DNA from: the human T2T-CHM13v2.0 reference genome, Homo sapiens
DNA: 64,000 nt
Assembly: GCF_009914755.1 (NCBI RefSeq)
Contig: NC_060929.1
Strand: one strand, 5' to 3'
The notes beneath the pieces were generated by a model, which saw only the letters and a list, made by a program, of their open reading frames with translations, was not told the origin of the DNA and did not search any database. Both the position numbers and the translations under genes were made by a program. Shown here piece by piece: positions 32,307-51,880 of this stretch (position 1 is the stretch's first letter; each line of letters starts with the position of its first letter).

Positions 32307-32980
32307 TGTCTTAGTTTGTTTGCACTGTCGCTATAGAATACCATAGACAGGGTAGCTTATAAACAACAGAAATGTTTCTAATGGTACCGGCGGCTGGATG
32401 GTGCAAAATCAAGGTGCTTGAGGATTTGGTGTCTGGTCAGAGCCCATTTTTTAGTTCATAGATTACTGTCCTCTAGCTCACATGGCAGAAGGGTCAAGGA
32501 CGCTTTTTGGGGTCTCTTTTATAAGGGCACTAATCCCCGGCTGGGCACGGTGGCTCACATCTGTAATCCCAGTACTTTGGGAGGCTGAGGCAGGCAGATC
32601 ACGAGGTCAGGAGTTCCAGACCAGCCTGGCCAGTATGGTGAAACCCCGTCTCTACTAAAAATACAAAAATTAGCCAGGTGTGGTGGTGCGTACCTGTAGT
32701 CTCAGCTACTCAGCTACTCAGGAGGCTGAGGCAGAAGAAACAGTTGAACCCAGGAGGCAGACGTTGCAGTGAGCTGACATGGCACCACTGCACTCCAGCC
32801 TGGGTAACAGAGCAAAACTCTGTCTCAAAAATAAATAAATAAATAAATAAAAATAAAAATAAAAAATAATAATCAAGGCACTAATCCCCAACATGAAGAC
32901 AGACTATCATCTACCAAAAGCTCCACCTCCTACTATCATTACACTGGGGGTTAGGATTTCACAAATTCAGTGCATCATAG
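32307..32980 (-). mobile_element. MaLR LTR (MLT1A/MST-type) with AluS insertion 32539-32876 (TSD ggcactaatcccc), nested in older MLT1 sequence (~32080-33300)
   Basis: 'tgtcttagtttg...cttataaacaacagaaat...tttggtgtctggtc...tcttttataagggcactaatccc'. The TSD is at 32526-32538 and 32877-32889. Confidence 0.7.
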
Positions 32981-35900
32981 TCTGCTTCTAGAATGTTTAA
33001 TCATTTGGCTGGATATCAGATAGGATGCCTCGGTTCTTCATGTGAGCTTTCTAGAAAAGATAGTTTGGAATTATTTGCATGGTGGCTGGGCTCGTAAAGA
33101 GTTGAAGGAGAGAAAGAGAGAGAAACACCAGTAAGGAGCAAATTAGTTCACTCAAAATTAAAACCCTAGCCTTTGTGACCTTGTCTCAGAAGGTAACATT
33201 CCAATCCTGTGGTGTTTTATTTCTTAGATGGGAGTCACTCAGCTTAGCCTGCCTTCAAGGGGAGGAGTATGAAGCTCCACTTCTTAAACTGAGAAGAATC
33301 AACAAATATGTAGATATATATATTTTTAATAGTATTACAGCTCATGAACCCATTTAAACCCATTTTAGAACTTTAAAGAAATATTTTAAAACGGAATTTT
33401 CAATTAAGCAGAAGAAATTGCCAGCTGTGGAACAGTGAACTTTATCGCTGAAATCACACACATATATACACACACACAGTGCAAACTCATACATGATCAA
33501 ATCTATAATCTTATTACACAAAGTTTTGTGAGAGGAAAAATGCTTGACTTTTCAAAAGGGCTCATTTATTAAAAATAAAATGACCATTGTGTTCATTTTA
33601 GCTGCAACCTTTAAGCAATCAATGACTATATACTTGCTGTAATCATCCTTTAAAATTAGAATTATTGAAAAGCTTTATCACTGATGAATGAAAGAAAGTA
33701 ATATTGATTTGTGGCCAAGAGAGATAATCTCAGGCAATAAACAGGTGCAGTCTTTGAAGGAATCATTTTATTTTATTACTTTCTGACATTATTGAAGCCA
33801 ATTTTAAATAAATTCATCATGTTTTTAAATTTAATCACGTATTATTTTATCATACATTAGGTAAAGTTTCAATCTAAGTAACTCCTGGATAAAAAATGAA
33901 GTATATCAATTTACAATTACAAATACCCAAATTGTACAGGCATGCATTTTTCAATGACATTTATAAATTGTGTTTTGTTGTTTGTGCCTTGTGTTTGTTT
34001 TATTAATCAAATTAATTTATATAGATATATGTATGGAAATGAGACAGATATAACCAGTTCTCTATAAGTAAGCATTATTTAATGGAGTCTTTCCTTTCAC
34101 TAATGATCATCAGGACAGCTAGGGAAGTGAGTTGAAATTTTCAGGCCATTAGGTTAATAGTTCTAGTAATTCTAGTAATGTTTCGACAGTCATAATATAA
34201 ATGATACTATGTGGCTTGAATTAATGCATTTTCTTATGTAACAAATAATAAGACAATTTTTAAAAGTGGTAATTACTATTTTTAAATATGACAATTAAAA
34301 ATAATGAAAGAAAAGAGGTTGTACATTGAGTAGCCATAACATTATCTTTAAACATATTTATTCTTCATTTCCTAACTTTTCCCACCTTTTGGCTAAATCG
34401 TATGTTCTTTCTCTAACCTCACTTCTGTTTTATTACTCTCTGGGAAAGATTTTTATATAAAACGTCTAAGCAATCAAACCTAACACAGGATGAATTTCTA
34501 CACATTACCATACCCTCTGGTCACTATTTTTTTCTTCTCTTTATTGCCCATTTCCCTGTTCTTGAAACATTCCAATTATTTGCCTTCCATGACATTCTAC
34601 TCTTACTTTTACTTTTCTGTCTCTGATTACTCATTTCCAGTTCCCTTTGTCATCTCCTTGTCTTCCTACACCTGCCAATTAAATTTGAATTTCCTCTGCA
34701 TTTCATCTTATGTCTCCTTTTCTTCTGCCAAATTCTCTCCTTAGACAAATACAGTCATTCCCATGGTTTTATATCCCACTTATATTCAGGGGCTCTAGAA
34801 TGTATAGCGCCAGGCCAAATCTATCTTAAGAACTTACTTTACTTAACCAATTACATCTGCATCTGCTCAGGATCATGTAACCCAGATCAGCATTTGGCTC
34901 TTTTGTAGACCCATTTTTTCTTTTCCTGGAAGTCTATTTTGACACCTACTTTCTGTCACTACCCACGTTTTAGCATTTAGCCTTGTCAATTTACTCTCAT
35001 CCATATGTAACTCTATCCATTTTCTTCTCTCTATTATGAACAGCAGTTTGAGCCATCATGACCAATTTTGCAGTATCCCTTCTTAAATTAGCCTCCTGTT
35101 TTGCATTGGACATTTTCACCCCCCAGCAATTCCACCGATTTCATTCTCGGAAAAATATAAATGAAGAGTTACATTTTTCAATACCATAATCATTAAATTT
35201 CCATGCGTAAGAAAATGTTCAGAACAGTATCAGTGCATTTATAATAAAATTAAAAAACTTGACCCACAAATCTCTACTTGTCCTTCTAGTTTTATTTCAT
35301 TTGTCTCTCGTCAATCTCTACATTCTGATCACCACAATCTTTTAATTCATCTGAAAGCTAAGCTCTCTCTTAATTTAGATTCTCTATACTTGCAATTTTG
35401 TCTACCTGGAAGTGTTTTCTTCCATCTTTGGATTGTTATTGCAAATCCATTGAATAGTTCTCATCTGAATTGTTTCTTCCTTGGGATGACTTATAAACAC
35501 TTCATCCTACAGCCAAATCAGAAGACCAATATCAAAATCTTTCATCACATCCTAAATTTGCTTATATGTAATTATATGGCAAGAATCTCTTTGTCTTTAT
35601 AATCATTATTCACTTATCTATGGTTTTTAAAAACTCTTCTATGTGGTGATGCTAAGCTCCGTAATGTTGGGCTTGTTACCTGTCTCAACTATCTTCCACA
35701 CCTACCACAGTACCTGCTACATAGATGTATTCAATATATATTTTTAGAATTAGTAAATGATGAGCAAGCGTGTACTTTTGTTCTCTTTCATTACAGTGTT
35801 AGAAATGCTATTACAGCATTAGAAAAGATAATCAGAAAGAAAATTTAATAGATCATCAGAAAAAATCCCAAGACTTTTAGGCAAATGAACCTACAAACAC

Positions 35901-37599
35901 AGGTGGAATGGACTTGCAATTTACCAAGAAATAGGTTTGTCATACTTAGAAACCAACTCTATAAACATGTTTTTATCTATTAATAACTTCATTTTCCAAA
36001 ACGCTCTACTTTATATGAGACAATTCTTGATGGAAATACCATTTGCTTCTAGGCTCGTTGCTTAAACATAAAGTTAAAAATCTTTGTATGACACATAAAA
36101 TTGTGGTGACTGCTTAACTTTGCAACTATAGTGCTCCTGAAATGCTCATCTAACCAGTCTGTGTTCCAGACCTACAAAACTTAGATGGTGCTAAAATTGC
36201 GCAAAAATTGTGTATTTCTTCTACAACAAACTTCTGATAAAAAGGGGGCAGAGAAGGTTAACTGTCTCCCCCTTTAGCTTTATTTGCTTAGTGAATTTCT
36301 ACAAAACATCATTTAAGTGCTATATTTTTCCAAGGTTTTAATAAGGAAATAAAAACCGCAATAGGTATCTTAAGCAGAAAGTGCATTTCATACATATACA
36401 ATAGGAAGAGCTAAAATAACTAAAGTAGCTGTGGCATGGAGGAAGGTTTTGAGTTCTTGAATTCAAAGGCACGCAATCATTTCTGCAATCCTGGGTCAAA
36501 AAGATGCTCCTACTATTAAAACTTTAAGCTTCTTATGCCCATGAAACTGGGGATTAGGCACAAGGATATTGAATCCTACCACTTCCACTACTTCTGAACT
36601 ATTGTCTCCATGATTTCACTTGCCAGAATCAACAATAGCAAGACAGGCTTTGATCTCTTCCATTTTTCTAAGTCTGATTCATATGCAAACAATCGGTAAG
36701 TGGTCTAAGCTGCATTCATAAAGCTAGCTCAAGGGAAGCTGCATTGCTTGTTTTGTTTTGTTTTAATTTTCTAACCTCTTCAAAGAGTGGAACGAAAGTT
36801 GAGGAAACCTGTCCAACAGTCTACCACACACCTTCCATGAAAGGTTCCCCAACACCTCCAACAAAATAATGTAAACACATGCTGGAACCTATATTACTCT
36901 CGCACCATAACACTTCCCACACTTCCCACAATACTTTTTCTCTTCATGGGAATATCCTTCCAAAACATGCTGATATCTCCTAAGCATTATTCATCTGTCG
37001 AATTTTCCCACCTATTGTAAGGTCTTCCAATTGTTAGGTTCTTAATAAATACATTTTAAATTATTAAAATTCTGAACTAATGGGTAATCAACTGTACAAC
37101 CCGAATTGCTGATTTGCATACAGCTGAAGTCCCTCCTCAAAACTTCTGTAATACATGAAACTTAGGCAAATGGTTGGGTCATTACCATATATTACTTTAT
37201 ATTTTTATTTATCAGTATATGTGATTACAGTTATGCTTATGTTAATTGATATGTATATGTTAACTTTTATACATATGTACATTGTATTATTTTGTTGCAT
37301 AGCACAGCATTTTGTACTCAAAAAGTGACCAATAATAATAAGCTGCATACTTTGGGAAGCATTGCAGGCTAGTCATACAGTTTTTTGTTTTTTTTTTCCC
37401 TGCAGCCTGACAACCTTTTTAGTCATTCACTAAACCTCTCTCAGCTTCAGTTTCTTCATCTGCAACATATAGCAAATAATAAAACTTAACTCAGATGGTT
37501 CTAGTGTGAAATAATACAGAGTAAATGTGCCACCAAATACAAACCAATGGCTTGATTGACATAACTCACTGCTAATTTTCTTGAAATGATTCAAAGTAT

Positions 37600-39335
<1,736 letters not shown>

Positions 39336-39920
39336 TTGCCTTCTGTACTTACTTTAGCCCAGTTATTGTTAGGTTCAACATTCAGCACTTTACTTAAATT
39401 TTCTATAGCTTTCTGGACCTTTTTTTGATATTTATATATAGTAGTGTGGCACAGAAGTGCTAATATTTACCAAAATAAAAGTTATATTTTTAATTAAAAA
39501 TTAATTAAAAGGTTGTAGAATCTCAGGATGGAATGCAGACTGTTACAAATTTATCTAGCTCTATTATGAACCATACAAAATAACTTCAGTGAGGGACTTA
39601 AGGGAAAGGGTGCTAGTCAAAGTGATATTGAAAATGAGTGCAGTCTCTTAAGATGAAAGGCAAAAGAAACTTGTACGAAGGCATTTAATTTAGTTGATAA
39701 AGATGTTCTTCTACTAAGGGCAGGTTATCAATTCTGGTACAGCTATATACATATACTGGAAGTGAACAATTAACTAAATAGATGTCACAAAATAAGAGTC
39801 AGGATTTTTATTGTTGGAGTGGGGGTTTAGAGATACAGGAAGGCACTGATGCTTGCGGGACTAGGTTAGAGGTAGTGACATCAGTAAGAACCCATGTTTA
39901 GCTTAATAGAGACATAGATG

Positions 39921-40303
39921 GTGATATGGTTTACATTTTGTCCCCTCTCAAACCTCTTGTCCAATTGTAATCGCCAGTGTTGAAGGAGGGGTCTAGTGGG
40001 AGGGGATTGGATTATGGGGGCAGATTTCCTCCTTGCTGTTCTTGTGATAATGAGTTAGTTCTCACACAATCTGGTTGTTTAAAAGTGTGTAGCATCTCCC
40101 TCTTAGTTCTCTTCCTCCTTCTCCAGCCATGTAAGATGTGGCTGCTTCCTCTTTGCCTTCTGCTATGACTGTATGTTTTCTGAGGCTTCCCCATCCTTGC
40201 TTCCTGTACAGCCTGTGGAACTGTGAGGCAATTAAAGCTCTTTTCTTTATAAATTACCTAGGATCAGGTAGTTCTTTATAACAATGGGATAATGGACTAA
40301 TAT
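39921..40303 (+). mobile_element. MSTA/MSTB solo LTR inserted in an old L1MC-type 3' end (~39560-40800)
   Basis: 'tgatatggttt...ggattatgggggcagattt...cctgtacagcctgtggaactgtgag...ggactaata'. The flank 'gaaaatacacaagatgagcctgg' is L1MC-like. Confidence 0.75.
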
Positions 40304-42342
40304 AGATGTTTACATATAGAAATATTTAAAGATATGTGTCTACATATGTGTAAGAATATACACATTGTTTCTTTGCTCTCTCATCTTAGAGAGCTATGAA
40401 AAAATTGATACTCCCTTAGCTACAGGCACAGCTAGCACTTAAATATTGATTTCATATATAGAAAGCAGGGCGTCTTTGAAAGTGGCTGATTCTAAGAATG
40501 GGGAAGAAAATACACAAGATGAGCCTGGGACATCCTCTAGTGCCAGAAATTATGAAAATACTAACAAAAATCTATTTGTGAGATATGTCAAACAAGCACA
40601 GGGGCCAAGTGAAAGGTCTTTCAATTTCTAGAATAATTTTAGCAACACAATACATTAATTGGTATTATATTTGGATTATGCCCAAAAATGTAATTTTCCT
40701 TAGTCCATATTGATATCAATAAATGACTGAATAAACAAATGAATGAGATAAAAGAGGTAAATCTCCTCTGCAAATAATTTACATATGTATTCCAACTAAA
40801 GGAAGTCAGCTCTTAAAGACATCTTAAGCAATACTGCAACTGAATTAGCTTTCCAAAGATACTGTCACAATTCATCTATTCCAAGACCTATACATTTCAT
40901 ATTTTAATATCTCCTGAAAATATAATGCATTTTACAATTCAGTGGTATGTCTTAGTTTAATTAGCCACAGTGCGAATTACTTGCTTAACGGGACATAAAA
41001 TAGTGCATTATACAATCTATGGGCTCTTGGACTCAAGAAAATACGATAGAAAGGAGTTTATGTTAGAGTCTGCACACTGACTAAAGATCAGAGCAGAAAG
41101 CAGATTCTAGGAACAGTCACATTTGTGGCAGTCACTGGTCTCGGCATGCAACAAAATTCAAAGTAAATAGTGGTAAGGTGGGAAATGGACAAAGCTATGT
41201 AGCTAGAATCAGAAGTCTTTGAAATCAAAACATCAAGATTCAAACTATTTAGGGGCAGTGGGGCTGACGTGGTGACCGTGGGCCTGATCAGATAAAACCT
41301 TTACAAAGAAACAGTAGCTCTCAGACTCACCTCCTGAGACAGAGTTGTTCTGAGGGGAAAATGGGTAAGTTTCTACAGTAACATACAGTACTTAAACATA
41401 CAGTAAGATACAGTACTTAAAGCCCTGACCTGTCCAGTTCCCAACACATCTTTCTTGATGGGCATCTAAATGTCACCTTTTGGTTTTATTTTTGTGTTTT
41501 TCTCATCTAAGCTCTGAGAGCAAACCCTGACAGGGTGAGCCCCCAAAGTGTGTTCATGTCTTAAGAGTGTCCAGAAGCCACATAGGGAGTGTGCAAGTTT
41601 TTCATTTTCATGCCAGGGACAATGTCTCTCTTTATTGAGCTAATGGCAAGGTATGGGCCTCAGAATATGTACAGTTTGAACATATTTGCATCTTCCCTTT
41701 AATTAACTGTGAAATCTGTGAGGCTAATGAGAAGAAAATTGATGGGTAGTCGGTGGAAGAATTTTTTTTTCATTGTCGTATCTTCAACTTTCCTGGGGTA
41801 TAATAAGAGATGCACAGTCAATTCAGTATACTTGAAATGTGTGATGTGGTCAAATTTGAGATATATATATATATATATGTATATACTTTTGGAAATATCA
41901 CTACATTCACAACCATCATTATGAAAAGTTTTCTTGTGCACCTCAGTAATCAGTCTCTCCCTCCATGCTGTCTCCAGGCAGCCATTTGATTTTCCATCAG
42001 GTAACATGAGTGAGAAGAAAATGTTTGTTGCAAGCTATTTAAATTTTGTGGTTGTTCACTTTTTAGAAACTCTTTGGAATTTTCTTTCTCATATCTTTAT
42101 TAATATATAAAGTGTCTGTTTGGCATACTTTCAGATAATGTAAATAATATACTCAGCAATTGTTTTGTGCTGGGCTTCCATTTAATCTTTCAAGATCATA
42201 TGGATTTTTATAGCTTTATATGTTGTGTTTGGCATCTTAAGCTCACTATCTACCTACTGACTCTTAAATCCCAAACTCTAAAGAGGTTCTGAAGATTCCA
42301 AACAATGGCTTGATAACTTAAAGTAAAAAAAGCTCAGGATAA

Positions 42343-42674
<332 letters not shown>

Positions 42675-42969
42675 TTGAGAAAGTGCTTTTAAGCTCCTTC
42701 CTAAATGAATGATTATTTAGTCTTGCAGTGTCCATAATTTCTTTAGGTCACTTACGGAAGTCTCAAACTTGTCTGTAACACCTGATAATAACTTCCAGTA
42801 CTATTCTAAAATGTAGATTTATTTTATCACATTTTCTTCTAACTTCTACTTGCCCCTGTTATAACAATCTTCATTCTTCTTTTGTACTTATATTTTCTCC
42901 TTTTAAAACTCAATATCTAGGTCCTCTCTTATAATTGTGCTTAAAATTCATCCTGCAGTAGTGTCAGAG

Positions 42970-43712
42970 CAGGGTTTCTCAAAGTCATTGTGGGGAACTA
43001 TCGTGTACACTGTAAGATGATTAGCAACATCCCTAGCCTCGACCACCAGATGCCAGTAGCACACCCTCTCTTTCACAGTTTTTTTTTTTTAATCAGAAAT
43101 ATCTGTACACATTGACAAATGTCCACCGGATGGGAAGAAGAATGTGGGGTGTAAAATTCCCATTTTTGAGACCCACTTGCTTAGAATGTATTAAAGACCT
43201 ATAATTGAAAATACCTTGGCAAAATCTCCCAAAATTGTCTCTCAAAATAACAGTATATACAGTGTAACATACACAACATCCTAAGTTATACTAATGAAAA
43301 AATCTAAGAAAAACTCTATATGATGATATTTAGATATTACAGTCACTATATTAACTATTAGGATAATGTGCCACTAATTCCCAATCGTCACTGCTTTCAT
43401 GTAGTGCTTGCTCCATATTGTCTTAATGTTAATCCTTAACATACACAGCCTAACATATTTATTGATGTGAAAGTTTTTGTTTTATTTTCAACAACACGGT
43501 CTCAACCAGGGGTGATTTTCACTACCAGGGACCATTTGTCAATGTTTAGAGACAATTTTAGTTTTTACTGCTGTAGGTAGTGGAGTGTGCTATTCACATC
43601 CGGTAAGTTTAGGGCAGGAAAACTGGTAAACCTCCTATAATACGAGGCTAGAGCCCACAACAAAATTATCAGGTCCAAAAATGTCAATAGTATTGAAGGT
43701 GAGACAATTTCT
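42970..43712. mobile_element. Two MER20-like hAT elements in opposite orientation (~42970-43178 and ~43495-43712)
   Basis: 'cagggtttctcaa..ccagatgccagtagca..cattgacaaatgtcc' and 'gtctcaaccaggggtgatttt..catttgtcaatg..ccaaaaatgtcaatagt'. Confidence 0.6.
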
Positions 43713-45982
43713 AGGGAGATATTACACCTTGATATTCTCGAATGAATATGCTGGTAATGTAATCCAGCATTTTTCCGAAAATGAGAATAGCCTGGTGGCC
43801 TTAAATGTCATTGTTTTACTCTTACTTACATTGGACTAAAGAATGAGATCAAATGCAGCTGAATAATTTGGATATTTAAAGCAATAACATTTTTCACTAA
43901 CGCGCATAGGCTTAATGCCTGGGTGACAAAATAATCTGTATACCTATTTACCTATAGGTTTACCTATATAACAAACCTGCACATATACCCCTGAACTGAA
44001 AATAAAAGTTAATAAATAAAGTAATTACATTTGTTTAGAAATAAAATAAATTTAGAAATGGAAAATATTGTTGAAAATATTCTAAGAATTTTAAATTTAT
44101 ACATTAAAATAGAAATAATCTGAATATTATTACTAATAGAAAATCTTTGTCTTGATCTCAAATTCCAAGTAGAATATCTTTAGACTATCTCTAGCAATAG
44201 CTAACAGAATAAGATTTACAAACCTTGATAGATCATTTTTCATGCCTGTGTCATTTTAAAATAAATTGATGGCTGTTAAAACTTAATTTAGTTTGAGTCT
44301 CTTCCGGATCATATATATAGTTTTACAGACAGCCATGTTCAATGAAATTATAATATGTAATACAAGAAATATGCCAGATGTAAAGTAAGAATCTCTCTTA
44401 AACGCTCTGATATTCAAAAATCTTTATCAGATTTCCTAAACTAACGATTTTAAACAAAACCTTTTAGTTAAGAAAGCACTGGTCTCAATAGTAAATCTGC
44501 CAATATGAATTGCTGCATTTTATTTTTGAATTTTCTAAAGGACATCTGCCAGAGCAATTAGATATAAAATCCTGCATGCAATCTAATATTAGATGAAAAG
44601 TTTAAACTACCAATGATACAATATTGATGCACAGAGGAATGAATTGATTTTTTATGTTATTCTCAAATTGAAAGTCAATCTTTTTATAAAATAAATTAAA
44701 TTTATAAATAAATCCAAATAGTGATATTTTAGCTCACTTTTGACAGTAGGTTTTCAGTTTCTGATGTTAACAATGGCATAATTATGATTTGTTGAATGAC
44801 TTTAAAGTGATCAGATAAGGAAATAATTAGGGTTTGCAGTAGCTGGAGAAAGAAAAAGAAGAAATATTTTGATATTGCATACTCAATATGGCACATACTA
44901 CGTCATAGGCTTTAATATCAATTGACTACTCTCTTTAGAAGGAGTACGGTTTGACCTAGACAAGTTTATTTATTTATTCATTTTTGTAATAATTTTTTCT
45001 CATTCTCTTTGACACATTGGTTAACCTAAAATTACTGTGTTGCTTAGGACATTGACTAAAAATCGTAGTCTTTCAGTTTGTGGCTGCTCACATAATTTTT
45101 TTTTTTTTGCTTTGGCTTACTAAATAATCTTTTATTGGAGTTAAAACAACAAAGCTAGTAAAGATATATAAATCAATGCCAAAAAAAAGGAGACAGGCCT
45201 ACTTATATGCCATTATCTTCTGTTACTGCCATTGGATAGAAGACAGACATTATCATTTTTAATCAATTGTATACTTCATAAATATGATACAACAGATATT
45301 TTTACTTCCAAGATTATACATAGAGTTTTTATGATTCCTTTGTGAGTGTGAACTATATAGCTGTCCCTAAAACATAATTCAGAACAGAAAGGTTTTATTT
45401 TTAATTATATAATTTTCTTGCCCAAGTTATATGGATTCATAGGTTACAGAATGTATAACAATATACATTTTTTGCATTTTTTAATTTACTATATAATTTA
45501 TTTGTGAAACCAAATTTGATATACAACTATGTAAACCACTAAATATGATTTGGATTAAAATAATCTTAACAGACAAATCCAAAAACACTGCATTTTATTA
45601 TTTCTATTTCTAATGTTACCTCCAGGTTTAAACTCCCCTAAGTAATTGACTCTACCTATTATGTTTGTGTTTTGAAACATCACTCTATATTGTAACAAAA
45701 AGAAAAATGACACAATTAGTTTCATATATGTACACAAAAATTTTCAGTTTTAAATAAGGAAATATAGTTTTGAAATTTAAAAAAGTAAATGTTATAATAT
45801 TTTCTCAAATAATTTACTACTCATATTCCCATTGCTTAGTTTCATTAATTTTTACACTCACATTTTACATATCCAAGATATATTTCCAGCTTTATTTTCT
45901 GAATGAACTCCTAGGATCTTAGATGAGTTTATTATTTTGCATGAGGTGCCACTGCTTGATACCTGAATGTGTGTATACCCCC

Positions 45983-47587
<1,605 letters not shown>

Positions 47588-48243
47588 TAAAATCAATACC
47601 CACTCTTCCCCACGAAAAAGAGAAAGTAAAAACAACTAAGAGTGGATTTCTATATCACGATGACTCATTTTCAATAGAACACTACCATAGGTCAAATGGA
47701 TGAATGCATAAATAATGAATGGATTAATATCTTTTATATAATCATGTGCCACATAACAACGTTTACATCAATAAGAGACAGCATGTAAAACAATGGCTCA
47801 TTAAGATTATTATAGGGTTGAAAAATTGCTATCACCATTATAGATTGATCACTCTATGAAGTTTGCACAGTAAGATAAACACCTAACCACACACTTCTCA
47901 GAACATATCCTCATTGCTAAGTGACACAAGGCTATATTTCATTTAATGATTGCGTAAATATTTGTTGAGAAAAATCTGCACTCTAAGTACCAGGATAAAA
48001 GAGATTAATAATAAATTAATGATTAAATGCACCATGATAAATCTTATCATTGAGGTCTATATGCTACATTTGGATTACATCATAAAGGCAGAGGTTAATC
48101 ATCGCAACTTACACAACAGGATACAGAGTGGATCAGCAGATAATTACATAATAGAATACAGTTTGTAACCTGCAAGATGCATTAGAATTAATTAGAATCA
48201 AACCATATGTGTGACTTTGGTTTAAATGTGCAAAACCTATTAA

Positions 48244-48702
<459 letters not shown>

Positions 48703-50221
48703 TGTCTTTATAAATCTTATAGAAATATTTAACTTTTAAAATCAACCACATACAATTAAGACTTTGATAAAGTAATTAAGAAGTAAAGCAACGGAAAAAG
48801 CAATTTTTAAAAACATATATGAATGATTGAAAGCCAGGAGTAAAATTAAGAATTGTATTAAAATATCAGTATTAAAATTAGCTATATAAATATTTAATTA
48901 ATGCAGCTAAATTGTTAACAAACAAAATTTCCAGAAGAAAAGTATGTTAACATTACTGAATCATCTTAAAATCTTATTAAAATTTAAAGTTCTTCTAAAC
49001 TGAAATTATATCACAGAAAAAAATAATGTCACCTTAAAAAGTTTAGGATTAGAAATACATAATTATTTTTAAATATAGTCTTTATATATTAATTATATTT
49101 CATTAATGTCTTATTTCTTGAATAAACTTTTTTCATGATACTATTTAAGTGCCACATTCTACAATAATATGGAAAACAATTCTACAAAATGTGGCATACA
49201 GTAATTTATAGGTAGTATAGCACACCTTTTATCTCTTTATAGCAAAAACATAATGTGTAAATTAATATAACACTAAGTCCCATATTGTCATTTTTTGTCA
49301 AAGAGCTATCTCCTTGAAAACCATCATCCTCAGATGCATCTCTAACGTAAAAAGACCTTAGAAACTGTAACAATTGTAAATGCATTATAACTTAAAGAGA
49401 TATTATCTTCACATTAGAGGCTAACAGGCTTATACCTACTGATAGCTGACAAGTATTACAGGAATCCTGGCAGGCAAATTGTTGCATAAAAATTATGTAA
49501 TTTACTAACTGTAAAATAACCTTTAGAGTTTAGAATCAGTCAAATAAGTAGAACAGACAATTGTTATCAAAGCCATATAAATGGCTATTAAAATTATGTT
49601 TTGCTACCCTCATTTTATCTCTGAAGAGACATCTTGTTAAAAAATGAATAATAGACACATATAAATACCTAATTACAAGCAGAGTTAAGATTAAAATTCA
49701 GCCTCATTGGGGTGGGATAGAAATCAGTACAGTAAAGAATATTTTGGTGCAGGTAGTTTGTTTCAAATGATTCAACCTTCAACATTACTTCACTTAAATT
49801 TTAGCAAACTTTCTGCTAAAATTTAAGCATACATACATATGACACTAGACATATGTCCTGTGTAAGCCTGGGCTAGGGGAGCTCTATTAAATACTTATAT
49901 AAACCCCAAAGATGTCCTAAGAAACACAATTTGGAAAAACTTTGATGTGCTACAGCACAGATTTTCTCATACAGCAACAGAGCAGACACTTGAATGTAGT
50001 TATACTCCTGCTTTCCACCTCCCTGTCAAAACAATAAAAAAGGCCACAGGCCTGTGGTTCTGGCCTCCAGGGAACCGGTGGCTTCTTTAACCCACACTGC
50101 TGCTGCTGAACCCCATTTAGGTTTAGGGTTTATTTTGTATACGCCTTTGTACAGGCTAAATGCTGGTCTAGTTGAAAATCAACATAAAACAACCTTAATA
50201 GCATCTCATTTTATTGTGACT

Positions 50222-50532
<311 letters not shown>

Positions 50533-51837
50533 TGACTTTAAACTTGAACATGCTTTTGTGCTGTGGCCAAGTTTAGGATCCCAACCAGCCTGTGATTACT
50601 GTGGTCACCACACAGATTCCCTCTTGTTCCGTCTTTTATATTCCATCTTCTCACTCTCATAACTGTGTGGATAGTAAAACAATTATCCATACAGGTATGA
50701 TATTGGCAAAGAATATCACAAAATGTTTTAATGAGCAAACACTTTGGGGATGGTAATAATCTTTCTACCACCTTCATTGTCTTGTTTAAGTATCTCTACA
50801 TTCTTCTTTAAAAATTAGGAATATATCTTTCTTGCTCTTTTGTTGTTGTTGAACACCAGAAGGGGATATTCCTTAATTCTCCATAGCTAAGGACAGTACA
50901 GCACAATATTCCATTCAGCAGGTGAAGTCAGTATGAATGAATGCATTTCAATCAGCAAATTGCTGGTTGTGTTGCAACTCCTAGTTATGATGTTTTGTGT
51001 ACTTTGAAGGGCTCCCATTAATTAAGGTATTTCTTATAAGCATTTAGAAAGATTTTTTTTCTTGGCATGTGACTTGAAAATTTGTACCGATATTTTCCCT
51101 GTGACAATGTTTTGTGAATTGTAACTCAGCCACTCAAGTGGCTCCTCATAATAAAGCCACATGGTATCCATGTACACATATTTAACAAATCAAAGAAGTG
51201 GTTCTCAACCTAATCTCTAGAGGAGGTCCGTCTTGTTCACTTTCAATAACTATGTTGAAGAATAGATTCTAAAAAGCTATTACTAAATTTTCCAATATGT
51301 TTTGAAATTTGTGTCCACAAAATCTATAAATCAATAAATGTATAGAATAGAGCATAATAACCCAATTAATGAATTTAAGATGTCATCTAAGCAGGAATGA
51401 ATGCAATAAATAGGCCTTCTTACTTCAAAATCAACTGCAGAGGTAATAATGCATTGCCACTAGAATTGTGTGCTGTGTTGGTAATAAATTGACAAAAACA
51501 TTGGGGATAAGAAAAATCTGCAAATAAAACGGTGTGTCATTTGTGAAATATAATCACAAAAATGTTCAGATTTTTATAATTAACAGAAAAATTATTGTTT
51601 TTATTATCTCCAGTGTTTAACAGACACTATTCATCTATACATACAATATTCTTATAATAACTCTTGTGTCCATGTAAATAGCAGTCTTGCCAAAAAGAAT
51701 TGATTATCATGTAGTAGTTTATAAGTGTTTTCATGCATAGTCTGCAACCTTTTAGAGTGCTATTCTAGTAAATTATTAATATTAACTTGATGAATACAAT
51801 TCTAAGACATTTCATTTGAGGATATGTTTATTAACTA

Positions 51838-51880
51838 TTAGGTTGGTACAAAAGGCATTGCGTTTTTTGCCATTATTTTC
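51838..51880. mobile_element. MADE1 (mariner-derived) half element
   Basis: 'ttaggttggtacaaaaggcattgcgttttttgccatta' resembles the Hsmar1/MADE1 TIR. Confidence 0.55.
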
